Origin: an uncultured Mycoplasmatota bacterium
GTDB taxonomy: Bacteria; Bacillota_I; Bacilli_A; RF39; UBA660
NCBI GenBank assembly: GCA_947642475.1
Contig: CANRSQ010000001.1
Coordinates: forward strand, 3,991-67,990
Direction of reading: 5' to 3'
Length of the DNA stretch: 64,000 bases
Shown here: positions 39,526-50,393 of the stretch, in pieces
How positions within the stretch are numbered: position 1 is the first letter of the stretch
Layout of the letters: each line of letters starts with the position of its first letter
Notes under the pieces: generated by a model
Database searches by the model: none
Seen by the model: the letters and a program-made list of their open reading frames with translations, nothing else
Told to the model about the DNA's origin: nothing
Position numbers and translations under genes: made by a program

Positions 39526-39619
39526 CTCTAGAATAATAATATCACATTTTACTTTTTTTTTAAAGGTGTGGTTGCAATTTATATGGTTTTTAATTATAAT
39601 TGTTTATAGGAGGTAGATT

Positions 39620-39811
39620 ATGGAAAAAGTACATGTTGATAAAGATTTATGTATTTCATGTGGCTCATGTGTAGCAATTTGCCCTAATCATTTTGAATTT
39701 GATGATGATAATTTAGCTAAGGCTACTAATGATAGTGTTGATGATGAAGTTAGGGATGCAGCTGAGGCTTGCCCTACTGAAGCTATTGTGATTGAGGAAG
39801 AAGACGAGTAA
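39620..39811 (+). CDS. fer: 4Fe-4S ferredoxin
   Basis: CISCGSCVAICP...CP motif. 63 aa. Acidic C-terminus. Confidence 0.85.
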   Translation: MEKVHVDKDLCISCGSCVAICPNHFEFDDDNLAKATNDSVDDEVRDAAEACPTEAIVIEEEDE

Positions 39812-39919
39812 GTCTTTTTTTATGTGGAAGATTTTGATTCTATTATTACGCTTCAATTTGATATGGTATATATAATGTGTTATAATTAGCATATATTGTT
39901 ATGAAGGAGGAATGTTTTT

Positions 39920-40495
39920 ATGGATCCTGACTCGGGGCCGAGAAACACAAATATAATTAATTTTATTCCAGATGATATTAACTGGAACCGTGTATTTTTT
40001 GATGAGGTTAATGGAGAAAAGGTTTTCTCTTTGGCGTATTTTAATGAATATACACATTCTTTAGTTACTTGTAAGGCTAGTTTTAATTGTAACTATAAAT
40101 TATTATCTTGTAATATTGATGTTAATTTACTTGATAATGATTATGATGAAATAAGTGAGCGTGATAGTGAATTATCTTTAGGTGATTTATTTAGTATTTC
40201 TGAAAAGTTTGCAAGAAATGAAAGAGTGTGCTTATCTTATGATGGTGAAAATGTTTTATCTTATATGATTGGCGCTAGTTACAAAACTGAAGTTCATGTA
40301 GATTGGATATTTAAGTATGCGCTTAGAGAAGATGAGGCTAAATATATGGACAATATTGATAAAATGATTGAATATTTATATGTTCAGCTTAGTGACTCTA
40401 AGTTATATAGAAATACTAGACCTTTTAAAATAATTGAAAGTGTTAGTAAAGTTATACAGGTTAAGCCAATTACTTTATTAAAAAAAGTGGGATAA
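39920..40495 (+). CDS. Hypothetical protein
   Basis: 191 aa. GAAGGAGG RBS. No family recognised. Confidence 0.4.
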   Translation: MDPDSGPRNTNIINFIPDDINWNRVFFDEVNGEKVFSLAYFNEYTHSLVTCKASFNCNYKLLSCNIDVNLLDNDYDEISERDSELSLGDLFSISEKFARNERVCLSYDGENVLSYMIGASYKTEVHVDWIFKYALREDEAKYMDNIDKMIEYLYVQLSDSKLYRNTRPFKIIESVSKVIQVKPITLLKKVG

Positions 40496-40507
40496 AAAAT
40501 CTCACTT

Positions 40508-41221
40508 TTATTTTACTAAACTATAAAGTATTTTTACTTCTTTGGTTGTTAGATGTCTATATTCGCCTGAGTTTAAACCTTTTAAATCTAAGAAAGCAAA
40601 TTTTTCTCTTTTTAGGCTTTCGACGTGATAGCCTATTTGTTCAAACATTCTTTTTACTTGGTGATATTTACCTTCATGAATGACTATTTCGATGATTGTT
40701 TTATTTTTTCTTCTGTCTAGTTTTTTTATTTTTACTCTATCGGCTTTTGTTTTTTGACCGTCAATGATAACTCCTGATAGTAGTTTTTTTATTTCTTGTG
40801 GATTTACGGCTTCGTCTATTTTAGCTATGTATAATTTTTGTATTTCATTTTTTGGATGAATAAGTAAATTAGTTAACTCACCGTCGTTAGTTAGTAATAG
40901 TAATCCACTGGTATCATAGTCTAGTCTTCCAACTGGATATAATCGATTTTTTGTTTCTATTAAATCCATGACTGTTTTTCTGCCTTTTTCATCTTTAGTG
41001 GTTGTCACTACTCCTCTTGGTTTATATAGTAGGATATATTCTTTATTTTGAGTTTCTATTTTGTTTCCTTCAACAATTATTGTGTCTGAGTTATTGGCTT
41101 TTGTTCCTAAGTCTGTGATGGTCTTTCCATTAACTGTAACTTTTCCTTGTTCTATTAGTTCTTCGGCTTTTCTTCTTGAACAATATCCACTATTTGCGAT
41201 AATTTTTTGTAATCTTTCCAT
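40508..41221 (-). CDS. rluB: Pseudouridine synthase RluB/RsuA family
   Basis: S4 domain plus PVGRLDYDTSGLLLLTNDG catalytic motif. Confidence 0.9.
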   Translation of the reverse strand: MERLQKIIANSGYCSRRKAEELIEQGKVTVNGKTITDLGTKANNSDTIIVEGNKIETQNKEYILLYKPRGVVTTTKDEKGRKTVMDLIETKNRLYPVGRLDYDTSGLLLLTNDGELTNLLIHPKNEIQKLYIAKIDEAVNPQEIKKLLSGVIIDGQKTKADRVKIKKLDRRKNKTIIEIVIHEGKYHQVKRMFEQIGYHVESLKREKFAFLDLKGLNSGEYRHLTTKEVKILYSLVK

Positions 41222-41256
41222 GTTTTTTCACCTAAATAAATTATACAGTAGTATGT

Positions 41257-41775
41257 TTAAAAAAACAAGGGGACAATTATTAGACTAAGAATAACTGTTA
41301 CTAAGTCGGCGAGTAATCCGGCCCAAAGGGCATATTTTATTTTTTTTATTCCTATTGTTCCAAAATATAGTGTGATGATATAAAGGGTTGTATCACTTGA
41401 TCCTTGAATGATTGAGGCTAAAATACTTAGATAGTGATCGGCTCCATGTAAGGTATATATATCATTTAGGAGGGCTAGACCAAAGCTTCCTGATAATGGT
41501 CTCATTACGGCGATTGGAAGTACTTCTAAAGGAACATTTACTAGGTAAAAAATTGGTTTTAGAAACTGAAATATTTCATCTATTATACCGCTACTTGTAA
41601 ATATGTTTATACCAAAAATCATTGCGAGTAATGGTGGGAACATATTTAATATCATTGGCAGGCTTTCCTTGGCACCTTCGACAAAACTATCGTATACGTT
41701 TATTTTCTTTTTGGCTCCATAAATTATTACTGTAAGCACTAGAACTGGAATGAATAAATTTGATAATAGTTTCAT
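41257..41775 (-). CDS. spmB: Spore maturation protein B
   Basis: Nucleoside-recognition-domain membrane protein following spmA. Confidence 0.8.
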   Translation of the reverse strand: MKLLSNLFIPVLVLTVIIYGAKKKINVYDSFVEGAKESLPMILNMFPPLLAMIFGINIFTSSGIIDEIFQFLKPIFYLVNVPLEVLPIAVMRPLSGSFGLALLNDIYTLHGADHYLSILASIIQGSSDTTLYIITLYFGTIGIKKIKYALWAGLLADLVTVILSLIIVPLFF

Positions 41776-42350
41776 TTATACCTCCGTGCGAAGATTCTAT
41801 CTATTATTAAGCCTATAAATAGTGAAATAAAGGTGACGATAATACAGGGAATTACTATACTGGTTGGATCAGTACTGTCGTGCATCATTCTTAGTGATAT
41901 GATGGTGGTTGGGACTAGGGTTACGCCGCAGGTATTTATTACTAAAAAGGTTATCATACTTCTACTGGCTGTATCTTTTTGTTTATTTAGTTTTTGAAGT
42001 GATTCCATGGCTTTTAGTCCAAATGGTGTGGCGGCATTGCCTAATCCGAAAAGATTGGCAATTATATTTGATGATATTAGTCCTAATGATTCGTGTCCTT
42101 TTGGAATTTCTGGAAATATTTTTGAAAGGATTGGGGAAATTAGTTTTGATGCTTTATCTAATAATCCTGATTTTTTTGCGATGTTCATTATTCCAAGCCA
42201 AATAGCGAGGAGTGGGAATATTTGAATAATTAAATCTAGTGTTGTTTTTCCACTTGAAAGTATTTGGGTATTTAATATATCGGCTTTACCATTGATAATT
42301 AAAAATAGTCCTCCCGTGACTATAAAAAATATCCACAGTTTATTTATCAT
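41772..42350 (-). CDS. spmA: Spore maturation protein A
   Basis: Membrane protein with Gate domain. dacB-spmA-spmB arrangement. Confidence 0.8.
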   Translation of the reverse strand: MINKLWIFFIVTGGLFLIINGKADILNTQILSSGKTTLDLIIQIFPLLAIWLGIMNIAKKSGLLDKASKLISPILSKIFPEIPKGHESLGLISSNIIANLFGLGNAATPFGLKAMESLQKLNKQKDTASRSMITFLVINTCGVTLVPTTIISLRMMHDSTDPTSIVIPCIIVTFISLFIGLIIDRIFARRYK

Positions 42351-43431
42351 TGGTAAACCTTGCTTTTATTTTTTGAAAAAATGTTTGGCTTTTTTGTTTT
42401 TCTTTATTTATATAAATATTTTGGCTATTTACTTTTTTATCACCGATATATAAGTTAATGGTTCCTACTTTTTCATTATCTTGAAAGGTTCGTTTTTTTT
42501 CTAGTTTATATTTGATTTTTACGGCATCTTTTTCGGTTTCTAATAATGGATATTTGAAATCTTTTTTTATGTATAGTGTGTTGTTTTTGTAATAGGTTTC
42601 TCCGAGTACTGTTATGTTTCCTTTATCGATAAATGTATATGAGGTATATTTTTTAAAGGCTTCTTCATAAAGCGATGTGTGGTCTTTCCAATCACTGCCA
42701 TCATTAATTGTAACTACGGTTAGATTTAAACCGTTTTTAGTGGCGGTTGATACTAATGTTCTTTTGGCTTTTTTAGTAAATCCTGTTTTCCCACCGGTTG
42801 TATATTTGTATGTATTTAGTAGTTTGTTTTTATTGGTCCATTTATAAACGTTTTTATTTGTTTTTACGGTTCTTTCTTTTGTCTTTGTTATTGTTTTGAA
42901 GTCTTCATTTTGCATAGCGTAACTCATTAATAGTGCCATATCATAGGCTGATGAAATATTTCCTTTGTCTTCTTCATCTAGTCCGCTTGGATTATTGAAA
43001 GTGGTGTCTTTCATACCTATTTCTTGGGCCTTTTCATTCATTTTTTGGACAAATTTTTCGATACTTCCTGAAGTGTTTTTGGCTAGTACTAAAGCGGCAT
43101 CATTACCACTTCTTAACATTAATCCATATAATAAATCTTCGATGCTGATTTTTTCTCCTTGTTTAACATATATTCCTGAACCGTGTGCTTTTAATATTTC
43201 ATCACCGACGGTTATTTGTTTTTTAATATCAATATTTTCTATTACGACGATGGCGGTCATTATTTTTGAGATTGAGGCTACACTTTGGGTGTAATGGGCA
43301 TTTTCTGCATAAAGTATTCGATTGTTGTCGGTATCCATTAATATGGCTCCTTTGGCGTTTGTACTGAAGGCTTGAACGTTTAATGGAATTAACAGCAACA
43401 GTAGAACTAATATTTTTTTCACTTGTATCAC
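42340..43431 (-). CDS. dacB: D-alanyl-D-alanine carboxypeptidase (sporulation PBP5*-like)
   Basis: Signal peptide. SISKIMT (SxxK), SGN and KTG motifs. Confidence 0.85.
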   Translation of the reverse strand: MIQVKKILVLLLLLIPLNVQAFSTNAKGAILMDTDNNRILYAENAHYTQSVASISKIMTAIVVIENIDIKKQITVGDEILKAHGSGIYVKQGEKISIEDLLYGLMLRSGNDAALVLAKNTSGSIEKFVQKMNEKAQEIGMKDTTFNNPSGLDEEDKGNISSAYDMALLMSYAMQNEDFKTITKTKERTVKTNKNVYKWTNKNKLLNTYKYTTGGKTGFTKKAKRTLVSTATKNGLNLTVVTINDGSDWKDHTSLYEEAFKKYTSYTFIDKGNITVLGETYYKNNTLYIKKDFKYPLLETEKDAVKIKYKLEKKRTFQDNEKVGTINLYIGDKKVNSQNIYINKEKQKSQTFFQKIKARFTNDK

Positions 43432-43484
43432 CTAAATAAGTGTATGATAACTTGGACATTTTTATTAATAGAAAAAGGACTATA

Positions 43485-44030
43485 TCAACCTGCGTATAGT
43501 CCATTTATTTTATTTAAGTCTTCATCGCTTAATTCATTTAATTTCCATTCATCATTTTGTTTTGTTAATGTGAAATTTATTGTGTATGTTGATGTTTCGG
43601 TTACTTTTTCTAGTTCTTCTAAACGATATGTACTAAAGATTGTTTTATCGTAGTTTCCGTCTTCACCGTTAAATTCGTCTTTATTTTCACTTTTGTAATT
43701 TTCGGCATCAGAAACTGATTTAGCATAATTTCTAACAGTGACCTCGGCTTCGACGGTGGCGTTATCACCGTCTATTTTTTCATCTTTGATTTCGTATTTT
43801 AAATCTTTATAATGTTTTTCCATAAATTTTCGATAATCTTTACGATCGTTATCACTTAGGGTTGTGTCGGCTGCGAGTGTTGAATCTAAATCTTCTAATA
43901 CTGAATCATCTAATGTTTGATAGTTATTTAAAAAGGCTTCTACTTTTTTTGTTGGAGTATTATCTAGATTTGAATTACAGCCTGTTAGAATGAATAAACA
44001 TGATGCAAGAACTAATAAAATTTTTTTCAT
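43485..44030 (-). CDS. Hypothetical lipoprotein
   Basis: Lipobox ILTGC. 181 aa. Terminator hairpin overlaps the stop. Confidence 0.5.
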   Translation of the reverse strand: MKKILLVLASCLFILTGCNSNLDNTPTKKVEAFLNNYQTLDDSVLEDLDSTLAADTTLSDNDRKDYRKFMEKHYKDLKYEIKDEKIDGDNATVEAEVTVRNYAKSVSDAENYKSENKDEFNGEDGNYDKTIFSTYRLEELEKVTETSTYTINFTLTKQNDEWKLNELSDEDLNKINGLYAG

Positions 44031-44078
44031 AACTTCCCTCCTTAATTATATTGTGGGAAATTACTTGTTTTTTATTCA

Positions 44079-44783
44079 TTATTTTGTATTTTTTTCTATT
44101 TTTTGGATTTCTGTTTCAACTTTTTTGACTTCTTTTTTTATTTTTACTTTTAAATTAGGGAAGGCATTCATTAAACGTTTTGTAAGTACTGATTTGTTTT
44201 TTAAGGCACTTCTTACTCTGGCAGTGATTTCATCAGTTGCGTCTTTAGCGCCGGTTAAACCAACTTTTTTTACTTTTGAAACGACGTTAAATGAAATGAT
44301 AAAGTCGGTTAATATTAAAATAGCGAGAATCACAACGATAATAGTTTGGATTGTATGTGGGATTAGGTTTATTAGTTTTGTCAAAAATGGGTTAGTAAAA
44401 TGAACCATTAAAACGCCTAAAGCTCCAAAACCTAAACTGGCTTTTAAGCATATTCTTCCGTTAAGATTATACTTATCATGACTATAATCCCACCAACGTA
44501 CTTTGAATATTTTTTCCATTATATAGCTTGTAAAATATTCTAGGCAAGCGCCTAAAACTGTCGCTAAAACAAATAGTACTGGTATATCGGTGTGGTATTT
44601 AGCTAAAACTACTGTGATTAATATTGCACCAAATCCATAAATTGGACAAACTGGTCCGATTAAAAATCCTCGATCTACAACCTTTTTTTCTTTTATTCCA
44701 ACTAGTATTTCTTCCATTAGCCAACCTAAAAATGAATAGATTATAAATAATAAAAATAATACGTTTAAACTCATATACATCAC
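44079..44783 (-). CDS. DUF1113-family membrane protein (putative ABC-transporter type IV family)
   Basis: FLGWLMEE...GPVCPIYGFGA motifs. 6 TM helices. Charged C-terminal tail. Confidence 0.55.
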   Translation of the reverse strand: MMYMSLNVLFLLFIIYSFLGWLMEEILVGIKEKKVVDRGFLIGPVCPIYGFGAILITVVLAKYHTDIPVLFVLATVLGACLEYFTSYIMEKIFKVRWWDYSHDKYNLNGRICLKASLGFGALGVLMVHFTNPFLTKLINLIPHTIQTIIVVILAILILTDFIISFNVVSKVKKVGLTGAKDATDEITARVRSALKNKSVLTKRLMNAFPNLKVKIKKEVKKVETEIQKIEKNTK

Positions 44784-44832
44784 TCACTTCTTATGCATTT
44801 ATTCTATCATGTTTTCTGGTTAATTTCAATTA

Positions 44833-44866
44833 AAAAAATATGACTTTATCAATCATATTTTATTTC
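44833..44866 (-). repeat. Terminator hairpin, copy 1 of duplicated element
   Basis: AAAATATGA / TCATATTTT stem followed by T7 on minus. Overlaps the stop of the Bro-N gene. Confidence 0.7.
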
Positions 44867-45667
44867 GGTTAAATCTATATAATTTTCAGATGTTACAACT
44901 GATCTTTCTAGTTTTGCTTCGATTTGTTTTTTTGCTCCACTTATCACTTTGCCTGCGTCTTTCATATCATTTTTTAATTCACTCATACCCTGACTATTAT
45001 TTTTTTTATGAAATTCCATAGCCGTTGCTTCGCCTAAATTCGTTAAAGCTAATTCAATATTTGTCATTGAATCTCTTAAATTTTGGCTTGGATGTATTTT
45101 TTTCATTGCCTTATATTCTTTGGCATTAAAGCCAAAGCCAGCTTTATATATTTCATTAGTTAATATAGCATAGTCTTTTCCTTGTTGTGCTCCGCGTTCT
45201 TTCCATTCGTCAGTTAAACTATGTCTTGTTGTAATTGTTCTTTCCCTTTGTTCAATCCATGTTTTTGAATATCCCTTTTTCTCATAAATTTCTTTCATTC
45301 TGTCGAAGGCAAGTTCAGGATCATTTATTTCTTCAATTCTTTCACTTCCCACCTTAGCAAGCCATCTTTTAAATGGCTCTGCTTTTGTTGATGGAATTGA
45401 TTGTATAATTCTTAAAATTCCTTCGGTATCTGCCATTTGAATTTTTCTATGTTTTCCATCGATTGTTGGCATTTTAAGTAGGGTACAAATTGTACCCCAG
45501 TTGTTTTTAATTTCAGGATCTCTAGATTTTATTTTTTTTAAATATTGTTTTGGATCTGTAGAATCAGTAAGAGCGAATATCACATCTATAATGCTAAAGT
45601 ACCATTTGTCATCTTCCCATGTTTTTCTGATTTCTTTTTCTTCAAAAAGTGCTAAATTATTATTCAT
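44849..45667 (-). CDS. Bro-N domain protein with DinD-like C-terminal half (phage antirepressor-like)
   Basis: N-terminal Bro-N-like FEEKEIRKTWEDDKWYFSIIDV. The C-half resembles the C-terminal half of E. coli DinD as recalled. Confidence 0.55.
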   Translation of the reverse strand: MNNNLALFEEKEIRKTWEDDKWYFSIIDVIFALTDSTDPKQYLKKIKSRDPEIKNNWGTICTLLKMPTIDGKHRKIQMADTEGILRIIQSIPSTKAEPFKRWLAKVGSERIEEINDPELAFDRMKEIYEKKGYSKTWIEQRERTITTRHSLTDEWKERGAQQGKDYAILTNEIYKAGFGFNAKEYKAMKKIHPSQNLRDSMTNIELALTNLGEATAMEFHKKNNSQGMSELKNDMKDAGKVISGAKKQIEAKLERSVVTSENYIDLTEIKYD

Positions 45668-45787
45668 TTATATTCCCCCTTGCCATCTACACTAAACTAA
45701 TTATAACATTCGTTCGTAGCGGTAGTCAATACACTTTATAACATTTGGTTAATTTTGTTTTTGTGTAAAAAAGCACTTTCCTTATAG

Positions 45788-45821
45788 ATAAAAAATATGA
45801 CTTTATAATCATATTTTATTC
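45788..45821 (-). repeat. Terminator hairpin, copy 2 of duplicated element
   Basis: Same 9-bp stem and near-identical loop as copy 1. Directly downstream of the DUF1653 gene stop. Confidence 0.7.
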
Positions 45822-46085
45822 ACCTTTAAATTTGGGTGCCACACTTTCTATTTCTTGCAATTCAAATCTATATTTTTGTTTTACGTTTGGATATTTATTA
45901 TGGTCTACTTCACTTAAGAACATATTTATTTCTCTAATCCAAAGACTATTATCACCATATAGTTTTCTATAAACAACATATTTATCTTTAGTTTCGGAAT
46001 GATTAGCAATGTCTTCTACTAGATAATAATCTCCTTTGAAGTGTCTATAAACTCCATTTATTTTTACTTTTCTCATCTTATTCAC
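45816..46085 (-). CDS. DUF1653 family protein
   Basis: YRHFKGDYY motif. 89 aa. Confidence 0.6.
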   Translation of the reverse strand: MNKMRKVKINGVYRHFKGDYYLVEDIANHSETKDKYVVYRKLYGDNSLWIREINMFLSEVDHNKYPNVKQKYRFELQEIESVAPKFKGE

Positions 46086-46095
46086 CTATCTATTA

Positions 46096-46728
46096 TTAAT
46101 ATGATTTTATTAAATTTCCATTAGCATATATATCTGTACGTATTAAAGGATCAATGTTTGTTTCACGATTACATTGATAAATCTTTTCAACATATGACTT
46201 TGTTGTAGCGTCAAACTGCTCAACTACCGAATAATAAGTTAGCTTGTTATTTTTATAATATTCTACTCTTAATAGGGTTATATTATCATTGTCGTAAATA
46301 GATGTGGTTCTATCATAAGTAATTGTTGGTGTTTTTACCTCTGGGGTAGTGTTTGTTGTGTCCTGATTTTTTGTATTTATTGTGGTGGTTGTTTGTGAAC
46401 TAGTTGTTTTTTTATTTATATTGGTATTACTTGATTGTTCTGATTTAGTTTCTGTTGTTTCTTGCTTATTTGCATTATTATTTTGCGAATTATCACTTGG
46501 TGTTTTTGTATCAGCTGATGAATTCTGTTCTTTGTTATCACTTTCTTTTTCAGTTTGTGGATCTACTACAATATCTTTTGAATTATTTTCTTTTATATTA
46601 GATGCCTGTGATTTTCTATTGGTGGTATGTAAATCATTGAGTGCTGGTAGGGTTGTGGTTGATATACCTCCAAAGATCGCTACTGTGGCAAACATTCCTA
46701 TTAAATTTTTTAAAAACATTTTAAGCAT
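46096..46728 (-). CDS. Secreted Ser/Thr/Asn-rich low-complexity protein
   Basis: N-terminal TM/signal. Long T/S/N/Q-rich linker. Small C-terminal globular part. Confidence 0.45.
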   Translation of the reverse strand: MLKMFLKNLIGMFATVAIFGGISTTTLPALNDLHTTNRKSQASNIKENNSKDIVVDPQTEKESDNKEQNSSADTKTPSDNSQNNNANKQETTETKSEQSSNTNINKKTTSSQTTTTINTKNQDTTNTTPEVKTPTITYDRTTSIYDNDNITLLRVEYYKNNKLTYYSVVEQFDATTKSYVEKIYQCNRETNIDPLIRTDIYANGNLIKSY

Positions 46729-46846
46729 ACTTCATTCCTCCTAATTACTTTTATTATAGCATATATTTTTTAATTATTTAAGAAAAACCAATCACTTGAT
46801 TGGCTTTATATATTAAAGTCCGAACAGTTCGAACGTATTTTCAAAT

Positions 46847-47203
46847 TGGTGGAGCCGGGGAGACTCGAACTCCCGTCCAAATACACTTCCAAAAAAATCT
46901 CTACAAGTTTAGTTAGCTAAGAGATGTCCTAATAAATAAAGTAGCTAACAACTAATTTATTAGTAAGCCTATAAAATTCGTTACTATCGCTAGGCTAGAT
47001 AGCAATATATCCCATTAAAAGTGAGCCCTTTAAATTCTTCATGGGAGAAAGAATAGAAAGAGCAGCATCGACTTTTTCTTAAGCGAATGCTAATTGGCCA
47101 TTATAGCCTTCATTTTTTCCAGTTATATTTAACTGTGTATTTTACGATTACCATCGACTTGCAATTTTAATTTCCACATATCTGTCGAAACCAAAGCGGC
47201 CCC
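46847..47203 (-). ncRNA. ssrA: tmRNA (ssrA)
   Basis: 5' GGGGCCGCUUUGGUUUCGAC. 3' GGUUCGAGUCUCCCCGGCUCCACCA. Internal tag frame GKNEGYNGQLAFA followed by UAA. Sits next to smpB. Confidence 0.9.
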
Positions 47204-47245
47204 GTGTAAGAGATATTATATCATGTTTTATTTTATGTGTAAAAT

Positions 47246-47689
47246 TTATCTCTTTAGTCTAGCTCTGATATCTCTTTCGATATCTTTTTGTTTGATGCTT
47301 TCTCTCTTGTCGTAATCTTTTTTACCTTTGGCTACTCCTAGTAACAGTTTTGCTTTACCATTTTTGAAGTAAAGTTTGATTGGTACTAGGGTGAATCCTT
47401 CTAATCTTATTTTATCATTTAATTTTAATATCTCTTTTTTATGAAGTAATAATTTTCTAGTTCTTGTTTCATCATGATTGAAAATATTTCCTTTATCATA
47501 ATGGCTTATATGCATATTTATAATTATTGCTTCACCATTTTTTATTTTGGCATAACTATCTTTTAGATTGGCCTTACCTTCTCTTATTGATTTTATTTCA
47601 GTCCCTGTTAATACTATGCCTGCTTCTAGGCACTCAAATATTTGATAATCGTATTTAGCTTTCCTGTTGTTTATTTCCATCTTTATCAC
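47246..47689 (-). CDS. smpB: SsrA-binding protein SmpB
   Basis: [27 protein letters not shown] matches the SmpB N-terminus. The start may be at the 4th codon (47680). Overlaps the rnr 3' end. Confidence 0.9.
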   Translation of the reverse strand: MIKMEINNRKAKYDYQIFECLEAGIVLTGTEIKSIREGKANLKDSYAKIKNGEAIIINMHISHYDKGNIFNHDETRTRKLLLHKKEILKLNDKIRLEGFTLVPIKLYFKNGKAKLLLGVAKGKKDYDKRESIKQKDIERDIRARLKR

Positions 47690-49778
47690 CTTTTTTTGCT
47701 AATTTGAAATTGATTAGGCCTTTGTCTTTGATGACACTATCAACTACTATATCTACTTTCTGTCCAACCATATATCTTTTTTTAGTTCGTTTACCTATTA
47801 AGCTAAATGTTTGTTCTTGATAAAAGTAATAGTCATCTTCTAGGTCATCTATTCTTATCATACCTTCTACTAAATTTGGTAATTCAACATACATTCCGTA
47901 ATTAGTTACGGTATCAATTACTCCTCTATATGTTTCTCCAACATGACCTTCCATATATTCGGCCATTTTCATATCGGTTACGTCTCTTTCACATTCTACA
48001 GCAGCTCTTTCTCTTTCTGATGATTGAATAGCAATTTGTGGAAGTTCATTGGTATAGTAATTAATTGTTTCGTTGTTGATTTGATGTTTGAATAGATATG
48101 TTCTAAGTAATCTATGAACTGTTAAATCTGGAAATCTTCTGATTGGTGAAGTAAAGTGAGTATAACATTTACTTGCTAAACCGAAGTGACCGATGTTTGC
48201 ATTATCATAAACGGCTTTTTTCATACATCTAAGTAACATAGTTGAGAGGATTGGATATTCTTCTTTATCTTTTAGTTGGTTTAGGATTCCTTGAATTGTT
48301 TGTGGGGTTATTTTTCTTAAGTTAGCGTTTACTTTATAACCTAATACTCCTACAAATTTTAAGAAGTTTTGTAGTTTTTCTTCTTCTGGTACGCCATGGA
48401 CACGATATATAAATGGAAGTGTCATATAGGTGATGGTTGTAGCTACGGCTTCGTTGGCTGCGATCATGAAATCTTCGATTAGTTTTTCGCCTTCGCCTCT
48501 TTCTCTTTTTTGGATATCAATTGCTTTACCGTTTTCATCAACTATTACTTTTGCTTCTTCGGTATCAAAGTCGATATAACCTCTTTGTAGTTTATTTTTT
48601 CTTATTATTTGTGCAAGCTCGTGCATTAATTTTAATTTATCGGCATATGGTTCATATCCTTCTGGAATGATATTTTCTTCTATTACTTTATTAACTTTTT
48701 TATATGTCATTTGGATTCTTGATTTGATAACACTTTCAAATATTTCATTTGTAATTGTGTTTCCCTTAGGATCTATTTCCATTACGCATGATATTGCGAG
48801 TCTATCTACATTTGGGTTTAATGAACATATTCCATTTGATAATTGATGTGGAAGCATTGGTATTACTCTATCAGCTAGATATGAGCTTGTTCCTCTATTG
48901 TATGCTTCTTTACCTAGGGCTGAATTTTCTTTTACGTAATATGAAACATCGGCAATATGAACACCTAATAAGTAATTACCATTTTCTAGTTTTTTTATGC
49001 TTATAGCGTCATCGATATCTTTGGTATCATCACCATCGATTGTGAATATTACTTCATCTCTTAAATCTCTTCTATTTTTTATGTCTTCTGGTTTTACTTC
49101 AGTAGGAATGGTTTCTAATTCTTTTAATACTTCATCTGGGAATATATCACTTATATTGTATTTAGCAGCAATTGATAAAATATCAACGCCTGGGTCATCT
49201 TTGTGGCCTAGAATTCTGATTACTTTTCCTTTATAGTAATTTGTTTTATTGATGTTACCATCTATTTTTACGACTACTTTATGGCCTGGAACAGCACCTT
49301 TTGTATCTTCTTCATCGATTTCTATCATGATATTTAATTTGTCATCATCTAAATCAATAAAGTGTTTATTATCTTTAGTGTAGAATTCTCCAACTATTAG
49401 ATTATTTAAGTTTCTTTCGTTTATACTTCTAACTACGGCTTCATGTTTTTGGTCATCTATTACACTAATTACAACGGTATCTCCGTTAATTCCACCGTTA
49501 ATATTATTTTTAGATACATAGTAATCTTTTTCTTCACCTTCAACTACAACAAATCCAAAACCTTTAGGATTTACTACTAGAGTTCCTATTTTTTGGCTTT
49601 TGTCATTAAATTTTTCATATTTACTTTTATTGGTAACTCTTATTTTTAGATTTTTTTGAAGTTCTACTAATGTTTTTGGTAATTCTTCTTTTTCTTCGTC
49701 TTCTAATTTTTCTTCTATTTCTTCATAGGTTATTGCTTTATTTTGACCTGTGATTATTTCATATATTTTTTCTTCCAT
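47655..49778 (-). CDS. rnr: Ribonuclease R
   Basis: Cold-shock/OB domains, RNB catalytic domain, C-terminal S1 and a basic tail. 707 aa. Confidence 0.9.
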   Translation of the reverse strand: MEEKIYEIITGQNKAITYEEIEEKLEDEEKEELPKTLVELQKNLKIRVTNKSKYEKFNDKSQKIGTLVVNPKGFGFVVVEGEEKDYYVSKNNINGGINGDTVVISVIDDQKHEAVVRSINERNLNNLIVGEFYTKDNKHFIDLDDDKLNIMIEIDEEDTKGAVPGHKVVVKIDGNINKTNYYKGKVIRILGHKDDPGVDILSIAAKYNISDIFPDEVLKELETIPTEVKPEDIKNRRDLRDEVIFTIDGDDTKDIDDAISIKKLENGNYLLGVHIADVSYYVKENSALGKEAYNRGTSSYLADRVIPMLPHQLSNGICSLNPNVDRLAISCVMEIDPKGNTITNEIFESVIKSRIQMTYKKVNKVIEENIIPEGYEPYADKLKLMHELAQIIRKNKLQRGYIDFDTEEAKVIVDENGKAIDIQKRERGEGEKLIEDFMIAANEAVATTITYMTLPFIYRVHGVPEEEKLQNFLKFVGVLGYKVNANLRKITPQTIQGILNQLKDKEEYPILSTMLLRCMKKAVYDNANIGHFGLASKCYTHFTSPIRRFPDLTVHRLLRTYLFKHQINNETINYYTNELPQIAIQSSERERAAVECERDVTDMKMAEYMEGHVGETYRGVIDTVTNYGMYVELPNLVEGMIRIDDLEDDYYFYQEQTFSLIGKRTKKRYMVGQKVDIVVDSVIKDKGLINFKLAKKGDKDGNKQQES

Positions 49779-49851
49779 GGATTATTCACCTCTATTATTA
49801 TTATAGTCTATTTTCTTTTAAAAATATAGTATTTATGTAAATTAAAACAGT

Positions 49852-50262
49852 TTAATAGGTGATTTTGGTGTAAATTAATTGGTATTTAGTTTTAATTGTT
49901 CTTCTTTTTCTGGTTTGAACAGCGAAATATGTTTGACCTAAAGCAATTACCTTTTTTCTACTATCACCATTTTAGGCAATTAAATAACAAGCATAACGTG
50001 ATAGTTTATAATCTTGCTGTTTTCGTTTAGCATCAGAACCAATATTAACCATTTTGTTGACTTCAACAAAATGGTCTAAAGTATTAATTTTACTACTATT
50101 ACAAGCTATTATAGATTTATCTATAACTTTCTTAAAATTCCTCCATTCTTTGTATTCTAATACTTTTTTTAGTTTTCTTGCTTCCCAGTATTCGTTTCTA
50201 AATTCATCAAAATGTTTTATTTGATTGAAAATATTTTCATTATATTTTTGTAGTTCTAACAT
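49852..50262 (-). pseudogene. dinD-like (DNA-damage-inducible protein D family) gene fragment with in-frame nonsense codon and 3' truncation
   Basis: The 96-aa ORF matches the DinD N-half as recalled (WRNFKKV...DHFVE..KMV.IGS...LSRYACYL). TAA sits where Q (CAA) is expected. The downstream frame continues as NGDSRKKVIALGQTYFAVQTRKRR, then diverges and stops. Confidence 0.55.
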
Positions 50263-50393
50263 TTTACCATCACCCTTTGCTTATTATGTTTACTATATTT
50301 TATATTGTAACAAATGTTCGTAATGCTGATAATAACTTTTTATTAATTTTTGTATAATAAAAGTTTTACTTATTATAGTAAAACTTTGTAATT

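Noticed and set aside
46729-46847. Looked for an integrase or att duplication at the ssrA 3' end
   Set aside because: No recombinase ORF and no repeat of the ssrA terminus are recognisable by eye within the window. Only a terminator-like hairpin is present (CCAATCA / TGATTGG).
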